The notes under the pieces were generated by a model. It saw nothing but the letters and a program-made list of their open reading frames with translations. It was not told the origin of the DNA and searched no databases. The translations under genes and the position numbers were made by a program. DNA of 44,990 bases, taken from assembly GCA_963557675.1 (NCBI GenBank), contig CAUWEI010000028.1, positions 1-44,990 on the forward strand, given 5' to 3'. This DNA is from an uncultured Oscillospiraceae bacterium (lineage in GTDB: Bacteria; Bacillota; Clostridia; Oscillospirales; Oscillospiraceae). Positions 1-8,643 of this stretch are shown one piece after another (position 1 is the first letter of the stretch; each line of letters begins with the position of its first letter).

Positions 1-1
1 G

Positions 2-511
2 TATATGGCAGCGGGAATCGATACAGGCGATATGATTGAGATTCGGAAAACGCCCATTGACCCGGAAGAAAACTCCCAGGGCCTTTTGGACCGTCTGGCT
101 GTCATTGGAGCACAGCTTCTTGTAGATACCATGGACCATTTGGAGGCAGGTGATGTGGTTGCCACTCCTCAGGACCATGAGAAAGCAACCTTTGCCCCCA
201 TGCTGAGCAAAGAGATGAGCCCCATCGACTGGACCAAATCTGCCCAGGAAATCAAGAACCATGTCCGTGGTCTGGACCCCTGGCCTGTGGCTACCATGAC
301 CCTTGAGGGAAAGCGATTCCGGGTCTATACTGTGGCATTGACAGATAAGACCACCGACAAGGAACCCGGCACACCGTTGGAAGTCACAAAGAAGGGCCTT
401 TTGATGGCCTGCGGAAACGGAGAGGTTGTGGAAATCCGCACTCTTCAGGCAGACGGAGGCAAACGGATGGCGGCCCCCGACTATTTCCGGGGTCATCCTC
501 TCAAGGGGTGA
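2..511 (+). CDS. fmt: Methionyl-tRNA formyltransferase, 5'-truncated by the window edge
   Basis: MAAGIDTGD matches the Fmt MDxGxDTGD motif, and the C-terminal domain has IDW..VRGLDPWP. It lies directly upstream of rsmB, as in the conserved cluster. Confidence 0.95.
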   Translation, partial: YMAAGIDTGDMIEIRKTPIDPEENSQGLLDRLAVIGAQLLVDTMDHLEAGDVVATPQDHEKATFAPMLSKEMSPIDWTKSAQEIKNHVRGLDPWPVATMTLEGKRFRVYTVALTDKTTDKEPGTPLEVTKKGLLMACGNGEVVEIRTLQADGGKRMAAPDYFRGHPLKG

Positions 512-515
512 GCCA

Positions 516-1823
516 ATGGGAGCCAGAACCACTGCCCTTGGCGCACTGATTGCCTGCCGAAAGCAGAATGCCTGGTCGGACGGCATCTTGAAGGAATATG
601 TGAAGCGTGACCGATTGGACCGGCGGGATGCCGCTCTGGCCTCTCGGTTGTGCTATGGGGTGCTCCAGAATCGTCAGCTTCTGGACTACCATTTAAGCTC
701 CCTGGTAAAGGGAAAATTGAAAGATTTACAGCCTGTTGTTCTGGATATTCTCCGGCTGGGGCTGTATCAGATTTTGTTTATGGATAAAATCCCTGCCTCT
801 GCTGCTGTAAATGAGGCAGTCGAGCAGGGAAAGAAATATGCCAACCGGCGGGCATCCGGTCTCATCAATGGCGTTCTGCGTAATGCCATTCGTGGAAAGG
901 ACCAGTTGGTGCCTCCCGAAGATTTGGCAACCCGGTATTCTCATCCCCGGGAACTGGTGGAGCTTCTGTCTCACCAGATGACGAAGCAGGAATTGCAAGC
1001 CACCTTAGCTTCCAACAATGAGGCACCGGAGACCGTGCTTCAGGTGAACCGACTCAAAAAGACCACAGAGGAACTGACGGAGACTTTGGTGGAAGCAGGC
1101 GGTGAGGTGCAACCTCATCCCTGGCTCAAAGACTGTCTTTTGGTGTCCGGTGTGGGAAGCTTGGAACGTCTGGAAGCATTTCAGCAGGGACAGTTTTATG
1201 TGCAGGATGCAGCCTCTCGTCTGGCGGTGCACTGCGCCGGGATTCAGCCCGGAATGAAGGTGCTGGACTGCTGCGCTGCTCCGGGCGGAAAGAGCTTTGC
1301 TGCCGCTATGGAGCTTGGCAATGAAGGCTCGATTACTTCCTGTGACATTCATCCTCATAAGATTCAGTTGATTTCCAACGGAGCGCAGCGGCTGGGCTTT
1401 TCCTGTATCCATGCCATGGAGCACAGTGCCAAGGACTACGAGCAGATGTGGGATGGCGCAATGGATGTGGTGATTGTGGATGCCCCCTGTAGTGGATTGG
1501 GCATCATCCGCAAAAAGCCGGACATCCGTTATAAAGCTCTGAAACAGACAGAGGCCCTTCCTGCGTTGCAGTTGGAAATTTTGGAAAATCAGTGCCGGTA
1601 TGTAAAGCCCGATGGAGTCCTGCTGTATTCCACCTGTACGATTTTGCGCCGGGAAAATCAGGATGTAGTGCAGGCCTTTTTGCAGAATCATCCAGACTTT
1701 TCTCTGGAATCCCTGCCTCTACCGGAGGCAATTGCAAATGATGGTAGCGGAATGTTGACCCTCCTTCCCGGCAAGTACGGAACGGATGGATTCTTTATCA
1801 GTAAGATGCGGAGGCACAGATGA
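516..1823 (+). CDS. rsmB: 16S rRNA m5C967 methyltransferase RsmB (Sun)
   Basis: NusB-like N-terminus, DCCAAPGGKS SAM-binding motif, DAPCSGLG and YSTCT catalytic motifs. Start moved to the ATG at 516, just after the fmt stop. Confidence 0.95.
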   Translation: MGARTTALGALIACRKQNAWSDGILKEYVKRDRLDRRDAALASRLCYGVLQNRQLLDYHLSSLVKGKLKDLQPVVLDILRLGLYQILFMDKIPASAAVNEAVEQGKKYANRRASGLINGVLRNAIRGKDQLVPPEDLATRYSHPRELVELLSHQMTKQELQATLASNNEAPETVLQVNRLKKTTEELTETLVEAGGEVQPHPWLKDCLLVSGVGSLERLEAFQQGQFYVQDAASRLAVHCAGIQPGMKVLDCCAAPGGKSFAAAMELGNEGSITSCDIHPHKIQLISNGAQRLGFSCIHAMEHSAKDYEQMWDGAMDVVIVDAPCSGLGIIRKKPDIRYKALKQTEALPALQLEILENQCRYVKPDGVLLYSTCTILRRENQDVVQAFLQNHPDFSLESLPLPEAIANDGSGMLTLLPGKYGTDGFFISKMRRHR

Positions 1824-2860
1824 AAACCGATATTAAATCCATGACCCTGGAAGAAATCCAGGGAGAATTGAAGGCCATGGGCCAGAGTGCCTTCCGTGGC
1901 GGTCAGGTCTATACCTGGCTCCACCGAGGAGCAACGTCCTTTCAGGATATGACCAACCTGTCCAAGGATTTGCGGCAAGCTTTGGAGGAACGCTATGAGA
2001 TTACTGCCCCCAAGGTGGTACGCAAGCAGGAATCCCAAAGAGATGGTACCATTAAATATCTGTGGCAGCTGGCAGACGGCAACTGTGTGGAAACCGTCCT
2101 GATGCGCTACCACTATGGAAATACGGTCTGCATCTCCTCGGAAGTAGGCTGTCCCATGGGCTGTGCCTTTTGCGCCTCCACTATCGGTGGACTGGTGCGG
2201 CGGCTGAAGCCTTCGGAAATGCTGGATCAGGTGCTCTTTACCCAGTTGGATTCCGGTCTGCCCATTTCTCATATCGTACTCATGGGCATTGGAGAGCCTT
2301 TGGATAATTTTGATACCGTCATGCGCTTTTTAGAACTGGTGAACAGCCCTCAGGGTATGAACATCAGTATGCGCCATATCAGCTTGTCCACTTGCGGACT
2401 GGTGCCGAAAATTCGGATGCTAGCAGAAAAGAAGCTTCAGTTGACGCTGTCTGTGTCTCTTCATGCCCCCAGCGACGAGATTCGCAATACCATTATGCCG
2501 GTCAATAAAGCGTATAACGTGGAAACTCTTCTGGAAGCCTGCCGGGACTATTATGCTATGACAGGCCGGAGAATTTCCTTTGAGTATGCCATGATTCGGG
2601 ATGTCAACGATACAGAGAGCTGTGCAAAACTGCTTCTCAAGCGGCTCAAAGGTCTGCCCGCCCACATTAACCTCATTCCTCTGAATGAGGTGGCAGAAAG
2701 CCCTCTGCATCCCAGCACCCGACAGGCGGTGCAGAAATTCCAGAAAATTCTGGAAGATGGGGGCGTTACAGCAACGGTCCGTCGAACCCTGGGCGGCGAT
2801 ATTGATGCCTCCTGCGGTCAGCTTCGTCGGAACTACGAAAAGGCAACCAAACAGGGATAA
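1820..2860 (+). CDS. rlmN: Radical-SAM 23S rRNA/tRNA methyltransferase RlmN
   Basis: CPMGCAFC (CxxxCxxC), MGIGEPL and DIDASCGQL motifs. ATGA overlap with rsmB. Confidence 0.96.
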   Translation: MKTDIKSMTLEEIQGELKAMGQSAFRGGQVYTWLHRGATSFQDMTNLSKDLRQALEERYEITAPKVVRKQESQRDGTIKYLWQLADGNCVETVLMRYHYGNTVCISSEVGCPMGCAFCASTIGGLVRRLKPSEMLDQVLFTQLDSGLPISHIVLMGIGEPLDNFDTVMRFLELVNSPQGMNISMRHISLSTCGLVPKIRMLAEKKLQLTLSVSLHAPSDEIRNTIMPVNKAYNVETLLEACRDYYAMTGRRISFEYAMIRDVNDTESCAKLLLKRLKGLPAHINLIPLNEVAESPLHPSTRQAVQKFQKILEDGGVTATVRRTLGGDIDASCGQLRRNYEKATKQG

Positions 2861-2886
2861 TCCATAGGGGTTGTCTCATAGATTGA

Positions 2887-2915
2887 TTGCAATCTGTTCT
2901 AAAAACTGATACAAT
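2887..2915 (+). promoter_or_regulatory. SigmaA-type promoter for prpC-prkC-rsgA
   Basis: TTGCAA-17 nt-TACAAT with an extended -10 TG, followed by the RBS AAGGAGG. Confidence 0.65.
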
Positions 2916-2943
2916 ATAAAGATAGCGAAAGGAGGGGGGACCT

Positions 2944-3675
2944 ATGCAGGCGTGGGGACTGACAGACCCTGGTTGCGTCCGGCCTCAGAATCAGGATGCC
3001 TACCGTATTAAGCGGTACAGCGAAGACTGCTTTTTGTGTGTCGTTTGTGATGGCATGGGTGGGGCGAAATCCGGAAATATTGCCAGTGCTCTGGCACTGG
3101 ATGTCTTCGTGAGTGAAGTAGACCGGCATCATCGGCCGGGGATGACTTCCCAAGAGATGGAAGACTGTCTTCTGGGTGCGGTACAGTTGGCAAACAGTAC
3201 CGTGTATGACCAGTCACGGCAGTTTGTAGACTTTTCTGGAATGGGGACCACTCTGGTGGCGGTCTACCTCAATGGCGTTCACGCTGTTGTGGCCAATGTG
3301 GGAGACAGTCGGTGCTACCTTTTGAACCGAAGTGGCGTGCGATGCGTCACAACCGACCATTCTCTGGTTCAGTTTATGGTTCAGCGTGGGGACCTTACCC
3401 AGGAGCAGGCGAAGTCTTTCCCGGGAAAGAACTTCATTACCCGTGCCATTGGCACCGAGCCTGACGTGCGGTGTGACCTGTTTCCGCTGGTGTTGCAGAA
3501 TGGGGACAGCCTGCTTCTGTGCAGCGATGGCCTCTCCAATTTGCTGGATGACCAAGAAATTTTGTTTGAAGTTGTACACGGTGTCAACAAAGAGCTTTGT
3601 TGTCAGCGACTTTTGGGCATTGCCAAGGAGCGTGGGGCTCCGGACAACGTGACCAGTATTCTGGTGGTTGTCTGA
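2944..3675 (+). CDS. prpC: PP2C-family Ser/Thr protein phosphatase (Stp1/PrpC)
   Basis: NQDA, VCDGMGG, GMGTT, NVGDSR, LCSDGL and GAPDNVT motifs. It precedes a PASTA kinase. Confidence 0.93.
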   Translation: MQAWGLTDPGCVRPQNQDAYRIKRYSEDCFLCVVCDGMGGAKSGNIASALALDVFVSEVDRHHRPGMTSQEMEDCLLGAVQLANSTVYDQSRQFVDFSGMGTTLVAVYLNGVHAVVANVGDSRCYLLNRSGVRCVTTDHSLVQFMVQRGDLTQEQAKSFPGKNFITRAIGTEPDVRCDLFPLVLQNGDSLLLCSDGLSNLLDDQEILFEVVHGVNKELCCQRLLGIAKERGAPDNVTSILVVV

Positions 3676-3746
3676 TCCTGCAAGGCAGGATCTACCGTGG
3701 GCATTCCCACGAATCATTCTTTGCAATCGAGAAAGGAGTTCTCATA

Positions 3747-6059
3747 ATGGACAATTACATAGGCCGATTGTTGGATAACCGATATGAAATTCTCAGCGTT
3801 CTGGGAGTTGGCGGTATGGCCGTGGTTTATAAGGCCCGGTGCCATCGTCTGAATCGGCTGGTTGCGATTAAAATTTTGAAAGATGACTATTCCAACGACG
3901 CTGAGTTTCGCCGCCGGTTCCATGCGGAATCTCAGGCCGTTGCCATGCTGAACCACCCCAACATTGTCAATGTGTATGATGTATCTACCAATGGAGATGC
4001 AGACTATATTGTTATGGAGTTGGTGGACGGCATTACCCTGAAGCAATATATGGAACGGCGGGGTGGTTACCTCAACTGGAAAGAGTCTCTCCACTTTGCC
4101 GTGCAGATTGCCAAAGCACTGGAACACGCCCACAATCAGGGGATTGTTCACCGGGACATCAAGCCTCATAATGTGATGATTCTGAAAAACGGCTCTGCCA
4201 AGGTGACCGATTTTGGCATTGCCCGCATCATGTCTTCACAGAGCACCCTCACCAAGGAAGCGTTGGGTTCGGTTCACTATATTTCCCCGGAACAGGCCAA
4301 AGGCGGTCGGGTAGACAACCGCTCCGACATCTATTCTTTGGGTGCTGTGATGTATGAAATGCTCACAGGTCGGCCTCCCTATGATGGGGAATCTCCGGTA
4401 GCGGTGGCACTCAAGCACATCAATGGCGGTGCGCCCATGCCCTCTACGCTGAATCCCAATATTCCCGGCGGTCTGGAGCAGATTATTATGAAAGCCATGG
4501 CAGTGGACCCTGCCCAGCGATACTCCTCTGCTACAGAGATGCTCTACGATATGGAGGAATTCCGAAAGAATCCTGCCATTCTCTTCTTTGGAGCAACCCA
4601 AGAGGCTGCGGCCCCGGTTCAGGAGATTCCGTATCGTCCGGCCCCCAGCAGCAGTCCGGCCCGCACCGCAGCGGAGCGGGCGGCAAATGCGTCCGGTCAG
4701 CGTCCTGCGGAAAACCAACGGCCTCGTCCGGCAGAGGGAGCTCGTCCCCGAACGGCAGAGCCTCCCAAACCTGCACCCCGCATCTCGGAAGAGAAGGAGC
4801 AGAAACGCAGCAATAAAGGAATGATTGTGGCCATTGCAGCGGCAGGAGCCATGGTAGTTGTTGCAATTATTGTTCTGGTGGTGCTGCTGTCTGGCGGTTC
4901 CAAGTCTGAGACCTTGATCGAGGTTCCGGATTTGGTGGGACAGGTATTTAAGGACATTAACCCCAGCCGCTATGCAGATCTTACCTTGTTGGATGATGAA
5001 TATACCTTCCATGATAAATATGCTCCCGGTGAGATCATTTCTCAGGACCCGGAGGCCCATGAGCAGGTAGAGCCTGGCACGGTGGTGAAGCTGGTAATCA
5101 GCAATGGCCCGCAGACGGGACAGATGTTGGATTTAGTCAACCGCACCGAGGAAAAGGCGGAAGAGGCACTGGGAAGCCTCAGTGAATTGGGCCTCACCCT
5201 TCGCATCGAGCGAGAGTTCAGCAACGATGTGGAAGAAGGCCGGGTTACTCGGACGGAGCCTGCGGCCGATGCTACCTTGGGTAAGGGCCAGACCGTTACC
5301 CTGTGGATTAGTAAAGGCCCCAAAACCATGGTGATGGACAAACTGACAGGAGACCCCATTGAGGATGCGGAAGCCGTTCTCAGAGGCAAAGAGGGGATGA
5401 ACCTGAATGTCCAGATTGAGAAGGAATCCAGCGAAGAGATTGAAGAAGGCTGTGTCATCCGGACGAACCCTGGAAAGGGTAAGACCGTAAAGGCCGGCCA
5501 GACCGTTACGATTTACGTCAGCACCGGCAGTGATATTGTTATGACAAAGGTGCCTTTGGTGGTGGGCTTGGATATTAGTAAAGCTTCCAGCCTCCTGAGG
5601 GACAGAAACCTCAAGTGTGAGTATGATTTTGTAGACAGTGATGAGCCGAAGGATGTGGTCCTGACTCAGGATTTGGAGAAGGGAACCGAGGTTGCCGAAG
5701 GCTCTGTGGTGAAGCTCACTGTGTCGAAGGGCCCGGTGGAGACTGAGCCGCCAGAGACAGAGCCTGCCGAGACGAAGCCTGCGGAAACAAAGCCGCCGGT
5801 AGTCAATAAGGTAATTACCCTGCTTCTTCCCGGCGACATCAAGGTGGATTACAAGATTCAGGTGTATAACGGAAACACCCCCTGTGCCGATGAAATTCCG
5901 GTGCTTGCCGGTACGGCACAAATGCCAATCAATTTGGAAGGTTCTGGCGTACAGTATTTTGATTTCTATGTAAATGGTACTTGCGTTGACAGCTTTAAGG
6001 TGGATTTCACCAATACTACGGCGGAACAAATCCGTCTGCAATTTACGGTGACGGAATGA
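3747..6059 (+). CDS. prkC: PASTA-domain Ser/Thr protein kinase (PrkC/PknB/Stk1)
   Basis: GxGGMA, VAIK, HRDIKPHN, DFG and YISPEQ kinase motifs, one TM helix and about four PASTA repeats. The ATG at 3747 follows the RBS AAAGGAG. Confidence 0.95.
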   Translation: MDNYIGRLLDNRYEILSVLGVGGMAVVYKARCHRLNRLVAIKILKDDYSNDAEFRRRFHAESQAVAMLNHPNIVNVYDVSTNGDADYIVMELVDGITLKQYMERRGGYLNWKESLHFAVQIAKALEHAHNQGIVHRDIKPHNVMILKNGSAKVTDFGIARIMSSQSTLTKEALGSVHYISPEQAKGGRVDNRSDIYSLGAVMYEMLTGRPPYDGESPVAVALKHINGGAPMPSTLNPNIPGGLEQIIMKAMAVDPAQRYSSATEMLYDMEEFRKNPAILFFGATQEAAAPVQEIPYRPAPSSSPARTAAERAANASGQRPAENQRPRPAEGARPRTAEPPKPAPRISEEKEQKRSNKGMIVAIAAAGAMVVVAIIVLVVLLSGGSKSETLIEVPDLVGQVFKDINPSRYADLTLLDDEYTFHDKYAPGEIISQDPEAHEQVEPGTVVKLVISNGPQTGQMLDLVNRTEEKAEEALGSLSELGLTLRIEREFSNDVEEGRVTRTEPAADATLGKGQTVTLWISKGPKTMVMDKLTGDPIEDAEAVLRGKEGMNLNVQIEKESSEEIEEGCVIRTNPGKGKTVKAGQTVTIYVSTGSDIVMTKVPLVVGLDISKASSLLRDRNLKCEYDFVDSDEPKDVVLTQDLEKGTEVAEGSVVKLTVSKGPVETEPPETEPAETKPAETKPPVVNKVITLLLPGDIKVDYKIQVYNGNTPCADEIPVLAGTAQMPINLEGSGVQYFDFYVNGTCVDSFKVDFTNTTAEQIRLQFTVTE
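5739..5798 (+). repeat. Four degenerate 15-bp coding repeats (ETEPP ETEPA ETKPA ETKPP) in the PrkC extracellular linker
   Basis: gagactgagccgcca gagacagagcctgcc gagacgaagcctgcg gaaacaaagccgccg. Confidence 0.8.
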
Positions 6060-6931
6060 CAGGTAGAATTATTCGTTCATTGAGCGGCTTCTATGAAGTG
6101 CAGACGGAAAAAGGCACAGTGACCTGCCGTGCCAGAGGAAATTTCCGTAAACAGAAATGGGTTCCTCTTACGGGCGATTTGGTGGAAATCAGTGCAACGG
6201 GGAAAAAGGGAATGTTGGAGCAGATTTTGCCTCGGAAAAATCGCTTTGTCCGTCCAGCCGTTGCCAATCTGGATGCGCTGGTGGTGTTTGCCGCCAACGT
6301 CAATCCGGTGACGGAACCGTTCCTCATTGACCGGGTTGCTGCTATCGCAGGCAATCAGGAGGTTCCGGTTATCATCTGCATCAATAAGACAGACTTGGAC
6401 CCTGCCACAGACCTTGCAGAAATTTACCGGAAGGCAGGCTTTCCGGTCATCTGCACCAGTGCTCACGATGGCACTGGCGTGGAAGAACTGAGAGAAGCCA
6501 TTCAGGGAAAGTTTGTGGCCTTTACCGGAAATTCCGGTGTAGGAAAGAGCAGTATCTTAAACCGACTTCTGCCAGAGCTTGGACTTCAGACCGGAGAGGT
6601 TTCCGAAAAGCTGGGCCGTGGCCGTCATACCACCCGGCATGTGGAGATTTATGCTCTGGATAAAAGCACCTTTGTGGCAGATACACCGGGCTTTTCCTCC
6701 TTTGACACAGATAAGATGGAAGTGATTCTGAAAGAAAATCTTCAGTACGCATTTCCGGACTTTGCCCCCTATATTGGCAAGTGCCGGTTCCATGATTGCG
6801 CCCATCTCAAGGAGCCGGACTGTGCAGTGACGGCAGCTCTTCGGGCGGGAGAGATTCAGCAGAGCCGCTACGACAGCTATGTTCGCCTGTATGAAAAGGC
6901 CAAGGAAATCAAGACCTGGGAACTGGAATAA
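6056..6931 (+). CDS. rsgA: Ribosome small subunit-dependent GTPase A (RsgA/CpgA)
   Basis: Circularly permuted GTPase motifs NKTD, GNSGVGKSS, GRHTT and DTPG, plus a C-terminal Zn finger CRFHDCAHLKEPDC. Confidence 0.96.
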   Translation: MTGRIIRSLSGFYEVQTEKGTVTCRARGNFRKQKWVPLTGDLVEISATGKKGMLEQILPRKNRFVRPAVANLDALVVFAANVNPVTEPFLIDRVAAIAGNQEVPVIICINKTDLDPATDLAEIYRKAGFPVICTSAHDGTGVEELREAIQGKFVAFTGNSGVGKSSILNRLLPELGLQTGEVSEKLGRGRHTTRHVEIYALDKSTFVADTPGFSSFDTDKMEVILKENLQYAFPDFAPYIGKCRFHDCAHLKEPDCAVTAALRAGEIQQSRYDSYVRLYEKAKEIKTWELE

Positions 6932-6933
6932 GA

Positions 6934-6970
6934 TAAAATGCAGGAGTGGAAATTCCACTCCTGCATTTTT
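6934..6970 (+). terminator. Intrinsic terminator after rsgA
   Basis: Long perfect inverted repeat AAAATGCAGGAGTGGAA-A-TTCCACTCCTGCATTTT followed by T. Confidence 0.85.
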
Positions 6971-7000
6971 ATCATGTGTAAATTTTGTCAAAAACCAAAA

Positions 7001-7041
7001 GTGATAAAATCACAGAAGAGGGGAAAGACATATGGTAGAAT
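7001..7041 (+). promoter_or_regulatory. Putative Crp/Fnr-activated promoter of the first thioredoxin
   Basis: GTGA-TAAAA-TCAC (7001-7013), then 22 nt, then TAGAAT (7036-7041) with an extended TG. No recognisable -35. Confidence 0.65.
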
Positions 7042-7083
7042 CGAGCCATAAAACAAAACAAAAGACATCAAGGAGGAACAAAT

Positions 7084-7395
7084 ATGTCTGCAATTACGAT
7101 TACAAAAAACAACTTCCAGCAGGAAGTGATGGAAAGCGATAAGCCTGTTCTGTTGGATTTCTGGGCCAGCTGGTGCACCCCTTGCAAGATGGTTTCTCCC
7201 ATTATTGACGAGATTGCCAAGGAGCGGCCGGATATTAAGGTTTGCAAGGTGAACGTGGAGGAGCAGAAGGAGCTGGCTTCCGCTTTTCAGGTTATGAGCA
7301 TTCCTGCTCTCATGGTGATGCAAAATGGCGAGATTGTCAACGAGATGGTAGGCGCACGGCCCAAGAGCCGGATTCTGTCTATGCTGGAAAACTAA
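7084..7395 (+). CDS. trxA: Thioredoxin (active site WCTPC)
   Basis: LDFWASWCTPC, the SIP cis-proline motif, 103 aa, RBS AGGAGG. Confidence 0.92.
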   Translation: MSAITITKNNFQQEVMESDKPVLLDFWASWCTPCKMVSPIIDEIAKERPDIKVCKVNVEEQKELASAFQVMSIPALMVMQNGEIVNEMVGARPKSRILSMLEN

Positions 7396-7402
7396 GCAAT
7401 AC

Positions 7403-7440
7403 AAAAAGGAGCTGATTCCACAAGAAATCAGCTTCTTTTT
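7403..7440. terminator. Probably bidirectional terminator between trxA and the Crp/Fnr gene
   Basis: AAAAAGGAGCTGATT-loop-AATCAGCTTCTTTTT, with A and T tails on both sides. Confidence 0.75.
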
Positions 7441-7507
7441 CCATATGTACAATTTTTAGAGATTGCTGCAAAATGTGTCAGGGAGGTTCCACAGGGGGTG
7501 TGGAAGC

Positions 7508-8164
7508 TCAACCGTCCAGTGCTTTCAGACCTTCTATATCGGTAAGGGTGACCGCACCACGGGTCAGATTGACAAGACCTTCGTTTTGGAAATAACGAAG
7601 CATCCTGGTGACTACTTCTCGGGCCGTCCCCAAATGGTGGGCAATTTTTTCATGGGTGATTTTTAAGGTAGTTGTTTCTTCCAGCGTGCTTTCTTCCAGC
7701 AGAAACCCTGCCAGACGTTTATCGAAGCTCTTCCACATAATTTGTTCAATGAGCCACATGACGTCGGAAAACCGGCTGGCCATAAGCTGATTGGCATAGT
7801 TGGCAACAGCGGCAGACTCCTCGGAAAGAGACTTAAAAAGACTTGCAGGGATCACCCACAGGTCCGTATCCTTTTCTGCCTCGATGGTTACGTCAAATTG
7901 GATGTTTTTCATCATGCAGGAGGCGGAAAACAGGCAAATGTCCCGTTCAAAAAGTCGATATAATGTGATTTCCCGTCCATCTTCTGAGAGAATGTACACC
8001 CGAAGCTGACCGGAACGAATCAGAAGCAGGCCGAGACAGTGCATAGAGCCGTTATGAATGACGGTTCCTTTGGCGATCTTACGGCTGCTGCTGGAATTTT
8101 GAATGGTTTCCTGCTGACTGGGGGTCAGCTTGTCCCAAATAGGAAAATAGTTGGAAAAATCCAC
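7508..8164 (-). CDS. Crp/Fnr-family transcriptional regulator
   Basis: cNMP-binding-like beta-barrel (LIRSGQLRVY..EDGREITLY) and a C-terminal HTH, THEKIAHHLGTAREVVTRML. GTG start after GAGGAGG. Confidence 0.92.
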   Translation of the reverse strand: MDFSNYFPIWDKLTPSQQETIQNSSSSRKIAKGTVIHNGSMHCLGLLLIRSGQLRVYILSEDGREITLYRLFERDICLFSASCMMKNIQFDVTIEAEKDTDLWVIPASLFKSLSEESAAVANYANQLMASRFSDVMWLIEQIMWKSFDKRLAGFLLEESTLEETTTLKITHEKIAHHLGTAREVVTRMLRYFQNEGLVNLTRGAVTLTDIEGLKALDG

Positions 8165-8187
8165 AGTGATCCCTCCTCACCTACAAT

Positions 8188-8216
8188 AGTATAGGGGATA
8201 AAGGGGGCGGTGTCAA
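8188..8216 (-). promoter_or_regulatory. SigmaA promoter of the Crp/Fnr gene
   Basis: TTGACA-17 nt-TATACT on the minus strand. Confidence 0.75.
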
Positions 8217-8239
8217 ATCCTTTTTCCATCGGGGATTCG

Positions 8240-8280
8240 GTGACAATATCACGGAAAGAACGGAAGAAACTGGGTATACT
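8240..8280 (+). promoter_or_regulatory. Putative Crp/Fnr-activated promoter of the trx2-trxB operon
   Basis: GTGA-CAATA-TCAC (8240-8252), then 22 nt, then TATACT (8275-8280). Same geometry as 7001-7041. Confidence 0.65.
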
Positions 8281-8310
8281 AAAGAAAAACAACAGAAGGG
8301 AGCAAATAAT

Positions 8311-8631
8311 ATGGCTGCTATCGACATTAATCAGGAAGTATTTACCAAAGAGGTGGAGCAGGGAACCGGTATGGTTCTGGTCGACTTTTGGGCACCCTGG
8401 TGCATTCACTGCCGCCGCATCGCCCCTGCTCTGGACCAGGTAGCCCAGAAATATGAGGGCAAAGTACCTGTTCTGAAAGTAAACATTGACGAGGAGCCGG
8501 AACTGGCTCGGAAATATGAAATCAAGAGAATCCCCACTTTGACGGTATTCCGTGCCGGAGAAGCTCTGGGCAGCATCGAAGAGCCTGATTCCAAGGCCAA
8601 GATCGAGGCCCTGATCGAGGAGCATCTGTAA
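8311..8631 (+). CDS. Thioredoxin (active site WCIHC)
   Basis: VDFWAPWCIHC, the IPT motif, 106 aa, directly upstream of trxB. Confidence 0.9.
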   Translation: MAAIDINQEVFTKEVEQGTGMVLVDFWAPWCIHCRRIAPALDQVAQKYEGKVPVLKVNIDEEPELARKYEIKRIPTLTVFRAGEALGSIEEPDSKAKIEALIEEHL

Positions 8632-8643
8632 GGAGGAAATCCT

